Source of the DNA: Terriglobales bacterium
GTDB taxonomy: Bacteria > Acidobacteriota > Terriglobia > Terriglobales > Acidobacteriaceae
Length of the DNA: 64,000 nt
Assembly (NCBI GenBank): GCA_035567135.1
Contig: DATMQI010000112.1
Location: 51,297 to 115,296 of the forward strand
Reading direction: 5' to 3'
The position numbers were made by a program, and so were the translations under genes. Below, piece after piece: positions 29,001 to 37,625 of this stretch (positions are counted from its first letter, which is position 1; the number at the start of each line of letters is the position of its first letter). The notes beneath the pieces were generated by a model. That model saw nothing but the letters and a program-made list of their open reading frames with translations. It had not been told where the DNA came from and did not search any database.

Positions 29001-31307
29001 CGCCAATTCTTCCGGCTTTGCCTGATCCAATAGCAGGCTGTACAGGGACGGAACGCACAAAAGATGCGAAACGCGGTGCTGCGCAATCAGCGGCGCAAGT
29101 CGCGTCAAATTCCCCTGAAGCGGCCCTGGAGTTAGGACCAGAGATCCGCCGCGGCACAAAGTGCCAAAAATACCTACGAGCGAACTGTCAAAGGCAAATG
29201 ACGAGAGTAAAAGGAAGCGTCCGGCATCCGGCCCGTAGTAAATTGAGCGGGCGTAGGTGGAGTGAACCAGATTACGATGCGTAATCTGGACTCCTTTCGG
29301 TTTGCCGGTTGAGCCCGAGGTGTAGATCACATAGGCTAAGTTCTCGGGTCCAGCTTGACTGGACACCGGTGTCGTGCTTTCCCCTTCCACACGCGCCCAT
29401 TCCGAGTCCAAACACAGAACTTCGACGTCGTCCGCAACGGGCAACTCTGCTTTCAGATGTTGCTGGGTCAGGAGCACATGAAGCTGAGTGTCGGCAAAGA
29501 CATGTTGCAGCCGTTCGGCGGGATACGTGGGATCCAACGGTACGCATGCCCCGCCGGATTTCAGCACCGCCAGAATCCCGACAATCATTTCGGATGAGGG
29601 CTCGACGAACAGCCCAACCGGGATCTCAGGACCAACGCCGTGCTGTTGAAGGTACGCCGCCAATTGATTGCTTCTGCGGTCGAGCTCAGCATAGGTCAAC
29701 TGTCCGCGGCCATCGACGACAGCCTCGGCATCAGGAGCCCGTTTGACCTGATCTACGGACAAGTCGTGCAGGCGAAGATGTGCTGGAAATGTGGCGCTAG
29801 TGGCATTCCAGTCTACGCAGAGCTGCTGGCGCTCCTGCGCCGAAAGGATTGGCAGAGCGGAGACATGCTGGTCCGGATTCGCGCAGGCACTCTCCATGAG
29901 CAACGTAATATGCTCCGCCATGCGAGCGACCGTTTCAGGTTCAAATAGATCAGTGCTGTACTTGAAGCGCCCCACGATGCCGGAGGGACGGTCATCCAGT
30001 TCGAGGCACAAATCAAACTTGGAAATTCCGGTGTCAACCTCCGACTGGGTGAGAGCCACACTCCAACCATCGTGCGACTGAGGCATCGGTGGTTCCAGGG
30101 TCAATAACACCTGGAACAGTGGATTGAAGCTCAAGCTACGATTCGGGCGTACGGCGTTCACCACCTGGGTAAACGGAGCATCGTCATTCGATAAAGCATC
30201 CAGGGTCACGTTGCGCGTGCGGCGCAGCAATTCGCGGAAGGTGGGATCACCCGCCAAGTCGTTTTGCAGAACGACCGGATTCATAAAGTATCCCAAAAGG
30301 CCTTCCAACTCGGAGCGCTTGCGTCCGGAGCTCACCGTTCCAATGGCCACGTCATCGCGCGCAGAATAGCGATGCAGGAGCGCGGCAAAGCCAGTCAGCA
30401 GCGTCATAAACAAGGATGCGCCTTCTTGCCGACTCAATACCTTCAAGGCGTCAGCCAGGTTTTTGGACAGGGAGACGGGGTGAATTGCACCGCGGAAACT
30501 CTGGATTGCGGGACGGAGATGGTCGTAGGGCAGCTGCAGAGCAGAAGGATTCGCACTAAGCCGCTCCCGCCAGTATGCCAATTGGGAAGATAGCCGTCCG
30601 CCGCGAGGAAGCCATTCCCGCTCCCAGATGGCGTAGTCCGAATACTGGATTGGCAACTCGGGCAGAGGTGACGCTTCTCCTCTAGAAAAGGCCGTGTACA
30701 GAGCAGCCAACTCGGGCAGAAGTACCCGGTAAATCGAGTAGCCGTCGAAAATAATGTGATGAAGGGTTAAGAACAGACGATGTTCAACGTCGCTGAGCCG
30801 GACCAATAAAACGCGGAACAGCGGCCACCGGGACAAATCAAAGGGACGCATCGCGTCTTCGACCGCCAAGCGATGTGCTTCTGATTCTCGTTCCGCGGCT
30901 GGGAGTTGACTCAGGTCGACAAAAGGTACGGCCACCGGAGCCGGTGGGCCGATCAACTGGACGGGTTCGGCTTCGGCCAGAGTAACGGTAGTCCGCCAGG
31001 CCTGGTGCCGCCGTACGATTTCGGTCAGGGCGAGTTCCAGGGCATGTACATCCAACGTCCCCTGACGATGGATGGTCACCGGTTCGTTGTAAACCGGGAT
31101 GCCGGGAACCATCTGCGTGTGCAGCCAAATCTGTTGCTGCGCGAACGACAGGGGTGCCGTATCGCCGTTGGCTCGACGCGTGACCGCGTTCGTAACCGCC
31201 AGTTTGGCAGTCGACGCCGTGGTAGGTTCCTTAACTTGTGCTATGTTGCCCATCTTGGGGGAGTCGCCGTGAGTCAGTTCCAACCCACTCGCGCTACTTC
31301 GGGGCAC
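26070..31307 (-). CDS. non-ribosomal peptide synthetase, C-A-T-TE plus C-terminal tandem-GNAT-like domain
   Basis: C domain: LSFAQQQIW and HHIIFDGYS. A domain: LAYVIYTSGSTGKPKGV, FAFDSSL, NEYGPTE, GELYVGGPGVARGY, YKTGDLVRW, KIRGFRIELEEIE and PNGKLDR. T domain: FFDLGGNSLL. TE domain: YFIAGLCVNG...VVFDA...GGHESMF. A further 361-aa extension follows. The start could be 31307 or the ATG 54 nt downstream. Confidence 0.9.
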   Translation of the reverse strand: MPRSSASGLELTHGDSPKMGNIAQVKEPTTASTAKLAVTNAVTRRANGDTAPLSFAQQQIWLHTQMVPGIPVYNEPVTIHRQGTLDVHALELALTEIVRRHQAWRTTVTLAEAEPVQLIGPPAPVAVPFVDLSQLPAAERESEAHRLAVEDAMRPFDLSRWPLFRVLLVRLSDVEHRLFLTLHHIIFDGYSIYRVLLPELAALYTAFSRGEASPLPELPIQYSDYAIWEREWLPRGGRLSSQLAYWRERLSANPSALQLPYDHLRPAIQSFRGAIHPVSLSKNLADALKVLSRQEGASLFMTLLTGFAALLHRYSARDDVAIGTVSSGRKRSELEGLLGYFMNPVVLQNDLAGDPTFRELLRRTRNVTLDALSNDDAPFTQVVNAVRPNRSLSFNPLFQVLLTLEPPMPQSHDGWSVALTQSEVDTGISKFDLCLELDDRPSGIVGRFKYSTDLFEPETVARMAEHITLLMESACANPDQHVSALPILSAQERQQLCVDWNATSATFPAHLRLHDLSVDQVKRAPDAEAVVDGRGQLTYAELDRRSNQLAAYLQQHGVGPEIPVGLFVEPSSEMIVGILAVLKSGGACVPLDPTYPAERLQHVFADTQLHVLLTQQHLKAELPVADDVEVLCLDSEWARVEGESTTPVSSQAGPENLAYVIYTSGSTGKPKGVQITHRNLVHSTYARSIYYGPDAGRFLLLSSFAFDSSLVGIFGTLCRGGSLVLTPGPLQGNLTRLAPLIAQHRVSHLLCVPSLYSLLLDQAKPEELASLKVTIVAGESCPAELVARHHRLLPAATLYNEYGPTEASVWSTVHRCEAGQPSRLVPIGRPIPNAQVYVLDVHLNLLPVGVPGELYVGGPGVARGYLNRPAETAERFIADPFQRTPGARLYKTGDLVRWLPDGTLELLGRLDHQVKIRGFRIELEEIEAVISDYPEVRQVAVALREGKEGEPGLVAFVVPLNATQFDSDKLRSFLSKRLPEPMVPSAFVTMETLPLMPNGKLDRQALTAEQTVSATTFVPPENALQSELVEVWKAVLGKQEIGITDNFFDLGGNSLLVAKLLLRIEQRLGKALTLANIFQAPTIRQLAGLVGGQEIPLHHPAVVPIQPEGSKPPLFWVRGGPLFLPLAHRLGTDRPLLGLHLPASEAARLQVPYKLEDIAGALLRCMREVQPKGPYFIAGLCVNGVIAYEIARQLIEQGEEIALLVVFDAQNPAYYEDFSQESRSELLRRRVGFQFSNLRRSGLPGLADFLTDRVIGVRRRLSVRYWRALHAFHRRVSIERLEDLEHIVHPASFVYRPKPYPGRVVFFQSTDWPKGRYWDFHASWNGMIGGDLELHKIRGGHESMFHEENVDLLADKLRVCLKDAEMDKELSRSAKRGSKSAAPQLRELTFEDYPQIAALESRYGLQPKKYEEWVDLWNRNPAYQRTSRWPIGWVCENADQEIVGSIANIPLLYEFDDEPLLVATSRSLVVDSRYRPYSFALLGEFFNQPNVDLFLNTTVNAKASKLQEMFQCLRVPAGAWDRSSFWITNYRAFTMSFLHKREFPGAPGLSYPLSAGLFLRDALTGRALHSRRNGVEVRFSKHFDESFEQFWSRVRKSSSGLRACRSREVLEWHFGNALKKNNAWVLSVNNGDDLAAYGIVCRQDNPGLGLKRMRLVDLQAEPGKSELLRPILYQALRRCHDEGIYILEAVGFSSEKQRIIESMNPHHRELASWRYFYRTNNQRLAARLERPEPWDPSFFDGDSSL
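26073..27155 (-). other. C-terminal tandem GNAT-fold (FemAB/CelD-like) domain fused to the NRPS
   Basis: Residues 1385-1745 of the NRPS align end to end with the stand-alone ORF 31340..32551. 28 of the first 60 aligned residues are identical by my count. Both end in the same terminal motif, WDPSFFDGDSSL versus WDPSCFDGDASL. Confidence 0.75.
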
Positions 31308-31339
31308 TGCTGAGTCGAGTACAAAATCTTCACTGGATT

Positions 31340-32551
31340 TTAGAGGCTTGCGTCACCGTCGAAACATGAGGGATCCCAAACTTCTGGATTTTTCAGGATC
31401 TCGGCCAACTCGGGGTTCGCGGTCTTGTAAAAATAGCGCCAAGATGAAAGAACGCGCTTGTGCGGCAAAAGACTATCGATGACACGCTGCTTCTCCGGGG
31501 CAAAGCCCATGGCTTCCAACATATGAATGCCCTCCCTCCGGCAGCGTTCGAAGGCATGACAAAGTAACGGTCTGAGAAGTTCCGTCTGCCCGTTGAGTGC
31601 CTGAAAATCCACCAGGCGTACTCGCTTCAGCGAAAACAACGGGTTGTCCTGGCGAAGGAAAACCGCGTAGGCAGATAATTTCGAGCCCTCGCTGAGGGTC
31701 ATCACCCAGGCCCGGCCGTCTGCCAAAGCGTGCTTGAAATGCCAATCCAGCATCGGCTGGGAGCGATTGGCCAGAAGGCGGTCCGGAGAACTCTTACGCA
31801 ACGTTTGCCAGAAGTCTTCAAAACGTTCGTCAAGTTTGGTGCAGAAACTGGGTTCCAAACCATTGCGGCGTATTCTCAGCGTCCGGCCTTCGAGAGTGTC
31901 GCGAAGAAAGAGGCCCGCCGACAAAGGATAATGGAGCAGCCCTTTCGCTTCTCGCATTTCCTTTCTTGCCAGCAGACTCGCACTGAAGCCTTTGTAGTTT
32001 GTGATCCAAAAGAAAGCTTGATCCCATATTCCCGCGGGCACGCGCCGGGCACGAAAGATTTCGTGGGCCTTCAATGCACCGGGTCCGACAGTAGTATCGA
32101 GAAATAGATCGACTTGTTTCTGGTTGAAGAACAAACTTAAGAGCGGTACAGAGTAGCTTCGATAACGTTCATCGACTACCAAGCCACGAGTGGATGTAAC
32201 AATCACATTGCGGCTGCCCAACTGGTAGCAACGCGGAAGATTCCCAATATAGCCGACCACGCGGTTATCTTCGTTTTCCAGCAACCAGCCGATGGGCCAA
32301 TTCGGAAGACTCTGGCACGCAGGATTGTCCGCCCACAGATGGATCCACGCTTCGCTCGTCTCCGTCTCCATGCCGTAGCGAGCCTGCAGTTCGGAAATCT
32401 GCCGATAGTCGTCAAACCTGACCTGACGGAACCGGACGCTGGATTTGGGGACGGGGTCAGTTGGCACACCATCCGCCGGAACCTTCATCGCCTCGAGTCC
32501 GCCCACCGCGTTCGCACTCGCTTCTTTTGAAAACATCTGCGGTTCAGTCAC
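31340..32551 (-). CDS. stand-alone tandem GNAT-fold (FemAB/CelD-like) acyl/aminoacyl-transferase
   Basis: GNAT-like cores VVGYIGNLP...GLVVDERYRSYSVPLL and LSAYAVFLRQDN...RVRLVDFQAL...FERCRREGIHMLEAMGF. Its GTG start shares one nucleotide with the P450 TAG stop. An alternative ATG is at 32536. Confidence 0.7.
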   Translation of the reverse strand: MTEPQMFSKEASANAVGGLEAMKVPADGVPTDPVPKSSVRFRQVRFDDYRQISELQARYGMETETSEAWIHLWADNPACQSLPNWPIGWLLENEDNRVVGYIGNLPRCYQLGSRNVIVTSTRGLVVDERYRSYSVPLLSLFFNQKQVDLFLDTTVGPGALKAHEIFRARRVPAGIWDQAFFWITNYKGFSASLLARKEMREAKGLLHYPLSAGLFLRDTLEGRTLRIRRNGLEPSFCTKLDERFEDFWQTLRKSSPDRLLANRSQPMLDWHFKHALADGRAWVMTLSEGSKLSAYAVFLRQDNPLFSLKRVRLVDFQALNGQTELLRPLLCHAFERCRREGIHMLEAMGFAPEKQRVIDSLLPHKRVLSSWRYFYKTANPELAEILKNPEVWDPSCFDGDASL

Positions 32552-33789
32552 TAGCCTTTACTCCCAAGGAAGGACACCGGCAAGGCGGTGAGGCCGCGCA
32601 ATCCCAGATTCTCGCGCCAGGTGATTGGCCCCGGTTTCAACTGCAAGTTGTGAAGCCGTCGCAAAATCGTTGAAAACGCGATCTGTCCTTCAATGCGCGC
32701 CAGCGGCGCTCCAAAACAGAAATGAGCTCCGAATCCAAACGCCACATGACGATTCTCTTTGCGGCGGATGTCCAAACGATCAGGATCCGGAAAGCGTTCG
32801 GGGTCACGATTCGCAGCGCCCATGACGGCGATTACTGCCTGGCGCTTCTGGATTTTCTTTCCCCCAAGCTCGATATCTTCCGTGGCCAGCCGCGCCGTGT
32901 GCTGACTGGGACTCTCGTAGCGCAGCAATTCCTCCACCGCCGTGGTAATCAAGGAGAGGTCGTTGCGGAGTTCCTCCATCACATCCGGATTCCGCAACAG
33001 GCTCAAGATGCCGTTGGCGATCAGGTTGGTCGTGGTTTCCTGCCCGCCCACCATGGTGACGATCAGGCTTGCGACGATTTCTTCTTCACTGAGCCGGTCA
33101 CCATCGATTTCAGCGGTGAGGAGCGAAGACACCAGCCCCTCGACGGGATGAACGCGCTGCTCGCGAATCGCCTCCCGGAAATAGGTAGTCATTTCGTCCA
33201 AGCTGCTCCGCACTCGCTTGGTGCGGTTTGGGTTGTGCTGAAAGTTACCCAGCATCTCGGCGAAATCCGCGGACCATCGCTTAAGTTGGACGTGATGGGC
33301 AATAGGAACTCCCAACAGCTCTGCGGTGACGATGGCGGGCAGAGGCGCGGCGAAATCGGAAATTACGTCCATTTCACCCAGAGGAAGTACGGAATCCAAC
33401 AACTGGTTGGCGATGTCCTGAATGTGTTGCCGAAGTGCATCCACGCGGCGCGGCGTAAATGCCTGTGAACACAAGCCGCGCAGCCTGGTATGTGCGGGAG
33501 GATCCATGAACAGCATCTGCTTAACCATGACGCTCGCAATTGGACTCAAGTCCGCCAAGCCCATTTGCGAGAGCTGTTCTGGAGTGGGAGTGCGAAGAGC
33601 AGAAAAGTCCAGCAGTACTTGGGTCACATCGCAATACCGAGTGACTACCCAGGCGTGCAGAAAAGGATCCCAGAGCACGGGATCCTCGGTTCGTAAGCGG
33701 CGATAAAGAGGGTATGGATCGGCCAAGACCTCCGGCCTGAGCAGGTGGTACAGGCTCAAGGGAGCTTCCGGTTTGGCGATGACTGCCAT
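32551..33789 (-). CDS. cytochrome P450
   Basis: I-helix MVGGQETTTN, ExxR in EELLRYESP, and heme-Cys loop FGFGAHFCFGAPLARIEG. Confidence 0.9.
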   Translation of the reverse strand: MAVIAKPEAPLSLYHLLRPEVLADPYPLYRRLRTEDPVLWDPFLHAWVVTRYCDVTQVLLDFSALRTPTPEQLSQMGLADLSPIASVMVKQMLFMDPPAHTRLRGLCSQAFTPRRVDALRQHIQDIANQLLDSVLPLGEMDVISDFAAPLPAIVTAELLGVPIAHHVQLKRWSADFAEMLGNFQHNPNRTKRVRSSLDEMTTYFREAIREQRVHPVEGLVSSLLTAEIDGDRLSEEEIVASLIVTMVGGQETTTNLIANGILSLLRNPDVMEELRNDLSLITTAVEELLRYESPSQHTARLATEDIELGGKKIQKRQAVIAVMGAANRDPERFPDPDRLDIRRKENRHVAFGFGAHFCFGAPLARIEGQIAFSTILRRLHNLQLKPGPITWRENLGLRGLTALPVSFLGSKG

Positions 33790-33834
33790 GTTTTGCGAAT
33801 TCGATTTCGACGATGCTGCGGGACGAGCAGCCTT

Positions 33835-35715
33835 TCAGTCCGCGGAAATTTCGGTGGTTAAGATGCGTTCGATTTCGAACGACAGTTCCGCTGCTGTCGG
33901 CGAATCGAAGACCATCCGCAGCGGAAGCTCGATGCCGAAAATATTTCGGACTCGCGCAATCAACTGCGTGCCCAACAAGGAATGTCCACCCAGAAAGAAG
34001 AAATTGTCATTTACGCCCACCTTCTCCAACCCAAGCAGTTCAGCCAGAATGGAAGAGATTTGTTGCTCCACAGGCGTGCGCGGAGAGAGATAAACTTCGT
34101 CCCCGATCGTATCCACCGGGGTCGGTGCTGGAAGCGCTGCGTAGTCAACCTTGCCGCTGGATTTCAAGGGCAAGGAATCGAGTCGCACAAAAACCGGCGG
34201 CACCATGTAGTCGGGCAGTTGGGCACGCAGGTGTTCCTGAAGCGCGCCCCGGGTGAGCTGAGGATCGGAGCTGACCAGGTAAGCCACCAGCCGTTTGTCG
34301 GCGCCATTGTCTGCTCGCGCCACAACCACGCTGGTTTGCACTCCGGGATATTGGTTCAAGAGACTCACGATTTCGTTAGGCTCAATGCGATATCCGCGGA
34401 TTTTGATTTGCTCATCCTTTCGTCCGAGGAAAGCAATCTGCCCATCCGGCAGGTAACGCGTTAAGTCGCCGGTACGATACAGACGGTCGTTGGGCAAGCT
34501 GCTGAATGGATTGAGAACAAAAGCCTCCGCGTCTTGCTCCGGACGATTCAAATATCCCCGCGCCAGACCAGCGCCTCCAATGCATAACTCCCCGACGGCG
34601 CCAACTGGGACCTGCTGCAGATCATCATCCAAAATGTAAGTCTGCACGTTGTCGATAGGACGTCCGATTGTCGGCTGACGATCCGGGCGCTTATCTGACG
34701 AGACCTGACCGGAGGTTGCAACAACAGTGCATTCGGTCGGACCGTAGTTGTTAATCAGGGAAAATGGCAAGTTCCCCGCAGGATACCGATGCAGCGTGTC
34801 AGCCCCAGTCAGCAGCACGCGAAGTGATGTCTGGGCCGGCCAGTCTAACCCCAGAAGACTTTCCGCCATCGGGGTAGGAACGAATCCGATGGTGATTCCT
34901 TGAGCCAGCAGCCAGTCGCGTAGGTTTCTGGCGACTCCGCGCGTCGCATCATCCGCAAAGATGACAGCGGCACCGGCAGTCAGGTAGGGCCAGATTTCCC
35001 AAACGGCTGCATCGAAACCGAAGCTTGCGACCTGACTCGCTCGGTCGGCTCCAGTAACCGAGAAAGCCCGGCGATGCCAGTAGATCAAATTAAGCAGTCC
35101 GGCGTGGGTGATCTGAACAGCTTTAGGCTGACCCGACGATCCCGACGTATAAATCACATACGCAAGGTTCTGGGCGTTGACAGACACAGCCGGTGCGCTC
35201 CGCGGCGGAGTGGCCACGTCCGCATCTCCCTCGTCCATGATCAAGACTTGCCAATCACCGGCAGGCAAAGTCCGCGCGACCTGCGCGTCTGTGATGAGGA
35301 CGCGAAGTTGTGTGTCGCGCAGCATGAATTCCAAACGGCGCACCGGGTAATCGGAATCCATAGGCACGTAGGCTCCGCCCGCCTTCATTACGGCCAGCGC
35401 GGCGACTACCATTCCCGGCGAGCGCGGCAGGCAAATTCCTACCAGCGCTTCCGGACCTACTCCGAGAGACTGTAGATTCTGGGCAAGTTGATTCGCCCGG
35501 CACTCGAGTTGATGGTAGGTCAGGGTCCGGCTATCCGATTTAAGGGCAAGTGCGTCCGGTGTTGCTCTTGCCTGTTCGCTAACCAAATCCGACACAAGCG
35601 ACTCGCGAGGATAGTCACGAAAGGTATTGTTCCAGGCATGGGATGGCATCTCGGTCGGATGCACCGATGCCATTCCGTCAGTAGGGGAGTTCGAAGTGGT
35701 TATTTGCGGCTTCAA
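33835..35715 (-). CDS. stand-alone NRPS loading didomain, A-T (predicted Leu)
   Basis: A-domain cores LAYVIYTSGSSGQPKAV, FGFDAAVWEIW, NNYGPTECTVVAT, GELCIGGAGLARGY, YRTGDLTRY, KIRGYRIEPNEI and SSGKVDY. T domain FFFLGGHSLL. The start is uncertain (TTG 35715, ATG 35673 or ATG 35649). Confidence 0.9.
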   Translation of the reverse strand: MKPQITTSNSPTDGMASVHPTEMPSHAWNNTFRDYPRESLVSDLVSEQARATPDALALKSDSRTLTYHQLECRANQLAQNLQSLGVGPEALVGICLPRSPGMVVAALAVMKAGGAYVPMDSDYPVRRLEFMLRDTQLRVLITDAQVARTLPAGDWQVLIMDEGDADVATPPRSAPAVSVNAQNLAYVIYTSGSSGQPKAVQITHAGLLNLIYWHRRAFSVTGADRASQVASFGFDAAVWEIWPYLTAGAAVIFADDATRGVARNLRDWLLAQGITIGFVPTPMAESLLGLDWPAQTSLRVLLTGADTLHRYPAGNLPFSLINNYGPTECTVVATSGQVSSDKRPDRQPTIGRPIDNVQTYILDDDLQQVPVGAVGELCIGGAGLARGYLNRPEQDAEAFVLNPFSSLPNDRLYRTGDLTRYLPDGQIAFLGRKDEQIKIRGYRIEPNEIVSLLNQYPGVQTSVVVARADNGADKRLVAYLVSSDPQLTRGALQEHLRAQLPDYMVPPVFVRLDSLPLKSSGKVDYAALPAPTPVDTIGDEVYLSPRTPVEQQISSILAELLGLEKVGVNDNFFFLGGHSLLGTQLIARVRNIFGIELPLRMVFDSPTAAELSFEIERILTTEISAD

Positions 35716-35845
35716 GGTCTGTCTCCAAATCAGTCAGAAAGGGGGAAGAAAAGCAACTAAGTTTCTAACCCTGTGGCGACTATGCGCGAATTGAAGGGCA
35801 ACCGTGCCAGTTGCAGGGGTCTAAAGCTGTTCGATAAGGCCAGAG

Positions 35846-37618
35846 TTAATCGGTAAATACCGGAAGGGATGCGTCCTGACCGGTACGCAACATTCCGGTG
35901 GGAGAGTGCTGCGAAGCTGCTCCTTTATGGTGTGGATGGTGAATCTTAATGCCATCCGGAAATGGGTAAGGCTCGCTGAGAAACCAGGTAAATCGGTTTG
36001 CGGTTTCGTCGAACAAGAAGCCTGAGGACATCCAGAACTTTAAACAAGGCTTGTTCTTGGAGGTTGGAAGATATTGGGCCCGCAACTCCTTCAGGCCTGC
36101 GCCTGCGCAGCATTGGACTGCGAACGCAACAATCGCCTTCTCCACATTTCGGCCCATGACGCGGCAGCTCAGTACAAAGTCCGAGATATACGCCACGTCA
36201 GAATCCAGATCCAAGCTGAGGATGCCGGTCAGTCCGGAGTCACCAAACTTATCCTTGACCCTGAAAGCCCACAGCTTCCGGTTGCCGGCTTGCAACCACG
36301 CCTGCAGTTCCTGTTCCGACACTCTTCGTGTCGATAGATTCATCTGGTTGGTTTTATTCATCAACTGGACCACGCGGACGCGATCCGCATCGCCCAACTC
36401 CTCGACTGTAACTTCGGTATCGAGAGAGCGCAGCCACTCCTCGGCGGAACTGACTTCTTTACCCGACAACTGCCGGCGCTTCTCTGCGGCGTACATTTCA
36501 TTGCGGGAGATGTCTTCGGACGTCGCATACGCGGAATCGAAGCAGTCCAATTCCAGAAGCTGGCTGGCAAACAAAGTCTTGTCATCGGGCCACTCAGGTA
36601 CCAGGACTTCGGGAAGGGCCTCCCGGACCCGGGCGCGCTCCACCGGATTGTCATCAATGAACACTGCCGAATCCAGCCCTAAATTCAATTCCGCGGCGAG
36701 CTCGGCGATATTCGCTGCTTTATCGTTCCAGTTGATCCGGTAGGCCGCGAAGTCATGCAATCGCAAAACCATTTCCGGATGTTTGGCCAGTGCCTCCAAC
36801 GCGACACTTTCCTCATTCTTGCTGACAATGGCCAGCAGAATTCCTCGATTGCGAAGGCCTTTAAGAGCTCTCTGGAAATCGAGATACGCCTCGCCCAAAT
36901 AATCGTGCCCGCCCAGACGGAGATTCTGCCATCCCAGATCGCCAACAACTCCGCCCCACAATGTGTTGTCTAGATCAACGATGACGACCTTTTTGGACGC
37001 CCCCAAGACCGCGGAAATTGCGGACTTCACATCTGCCGCAGCTCGTCGGAATACCTCAGCATGAAACGGCGTTTTCGTCAGATACCACAACTTCGCGCTA
37101 TAGGAATTTTTGCCCACCATTTCCATCCAGCGCTGACCGTCGAGCAGGTAAATGCTGCCGCAACTCTCCAGCTCTTCGGCAAGTTTCAAATTCATTTTAA
37201 GCAACAGCTTGCGCAACCCCTGTCCCTTCAGGCTCAGGATTCCGTTTCCACGCAGGTGAAGGGGAATCGTCCAGGACACGACGAACACTGCGCGAAAATG
37301 CTTCTGCGCCTCGCGCAAGCAATCCGCGAACTGCCGGATCTCAGCAAAGATGCGATCCTCAGAAACTGCCACGCCATTGAGCGCGTCAGGAAAAGTGGGA
37401 ACGATCTTCTCCGCTGATGTCCACACCAGGGCAAAATCGGTAGCTTGAGCATGGGCCGGCTGGAGCAACGCCGGAAAGACTTGCCCAAAGGGCGCAACCG
37501 AAACGGAGAGCTGAGGTGATGCGCCACCGTTCGCGAGATAATGACCGAGCGTTTCGAGATTGAAATCGGAAATAAGGTGCAACTTCAAACGGGTGCTCTC
37601 CGTGTCGGCAGGGTTCAT
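35846..37618 (-). CDS. FkbH-like HAD-IIIC phosphatase/acyl-loading enzyme
   Basis: Hallmark VVIVDLDNTLWGGVVGD, ILLAIVSKNEESVALEAL and AVFIDDNPVERARV, plus a C-terminal acyltransferase-like region. The size (590 aa) is typical of FkbH-family proteins. Confidence 0.8.
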   Translation of the reverse strand: MNPADTESTRLKLHLISDFNLETLGHYLANGGASPQLSVSVAPFGQVFPALLQPAHAQATDFALVWTSAEKIVPTFPDALNGVAVSEDRIFAEIRQFADCLREAQKHFRAVFVVSWTIPLHLRGNGILSLKGQGLRKLLLKMNLKLAEELESCGSIYLLDGQRWMEMVGKNSYSAKLWYLTKTPFHAEVFRRAAADVKSAISAVLGASKKVVIVDLDNTLWGGVVGDLGWQNLRLGGHDYLGEAYLDFQRALKGLRNRGILLAIVSKNEESVALEALAKHPEMVLRLHDFAAYRINWNDKAANIAELAAELNLGLDSAVFIDDNPVERARVREALPEVLVPEWPDDKTLFASQLLELDCFDSAYATSEDISRNEMYAAEKRRQLSGKEVSSAEEWLRSLDTEVTVEELGDADRVRVVQLMNKTNQMNLSTRRVSEQELQAWLQAGNRKLWAFRVKDKFGDSGLTGILSLDLDSDVAYISDFVLSCRVMGRNVEKAIVAFAVQCCAGAGLKELRAQYLPTSKNKPCLKFWMSSGFLFDETANRFTWFLSEPYPFPDGIKIHHPHHKGAASQHSPTGMLRTGQDASLPVFTD

Positions 37619-37625
37619 GCGGCCG

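Noticed and set aside
26187-31313. Many 60-190-aa ORFs on both strands inside the large NRPS gene. The same occurs inside other long genes, for example 36051..36743, 40748..43407 and 53455..54063.
   Set aside because: All are nested in genes with continuous domain motifs. They are shadow frames, not overlapping genes.
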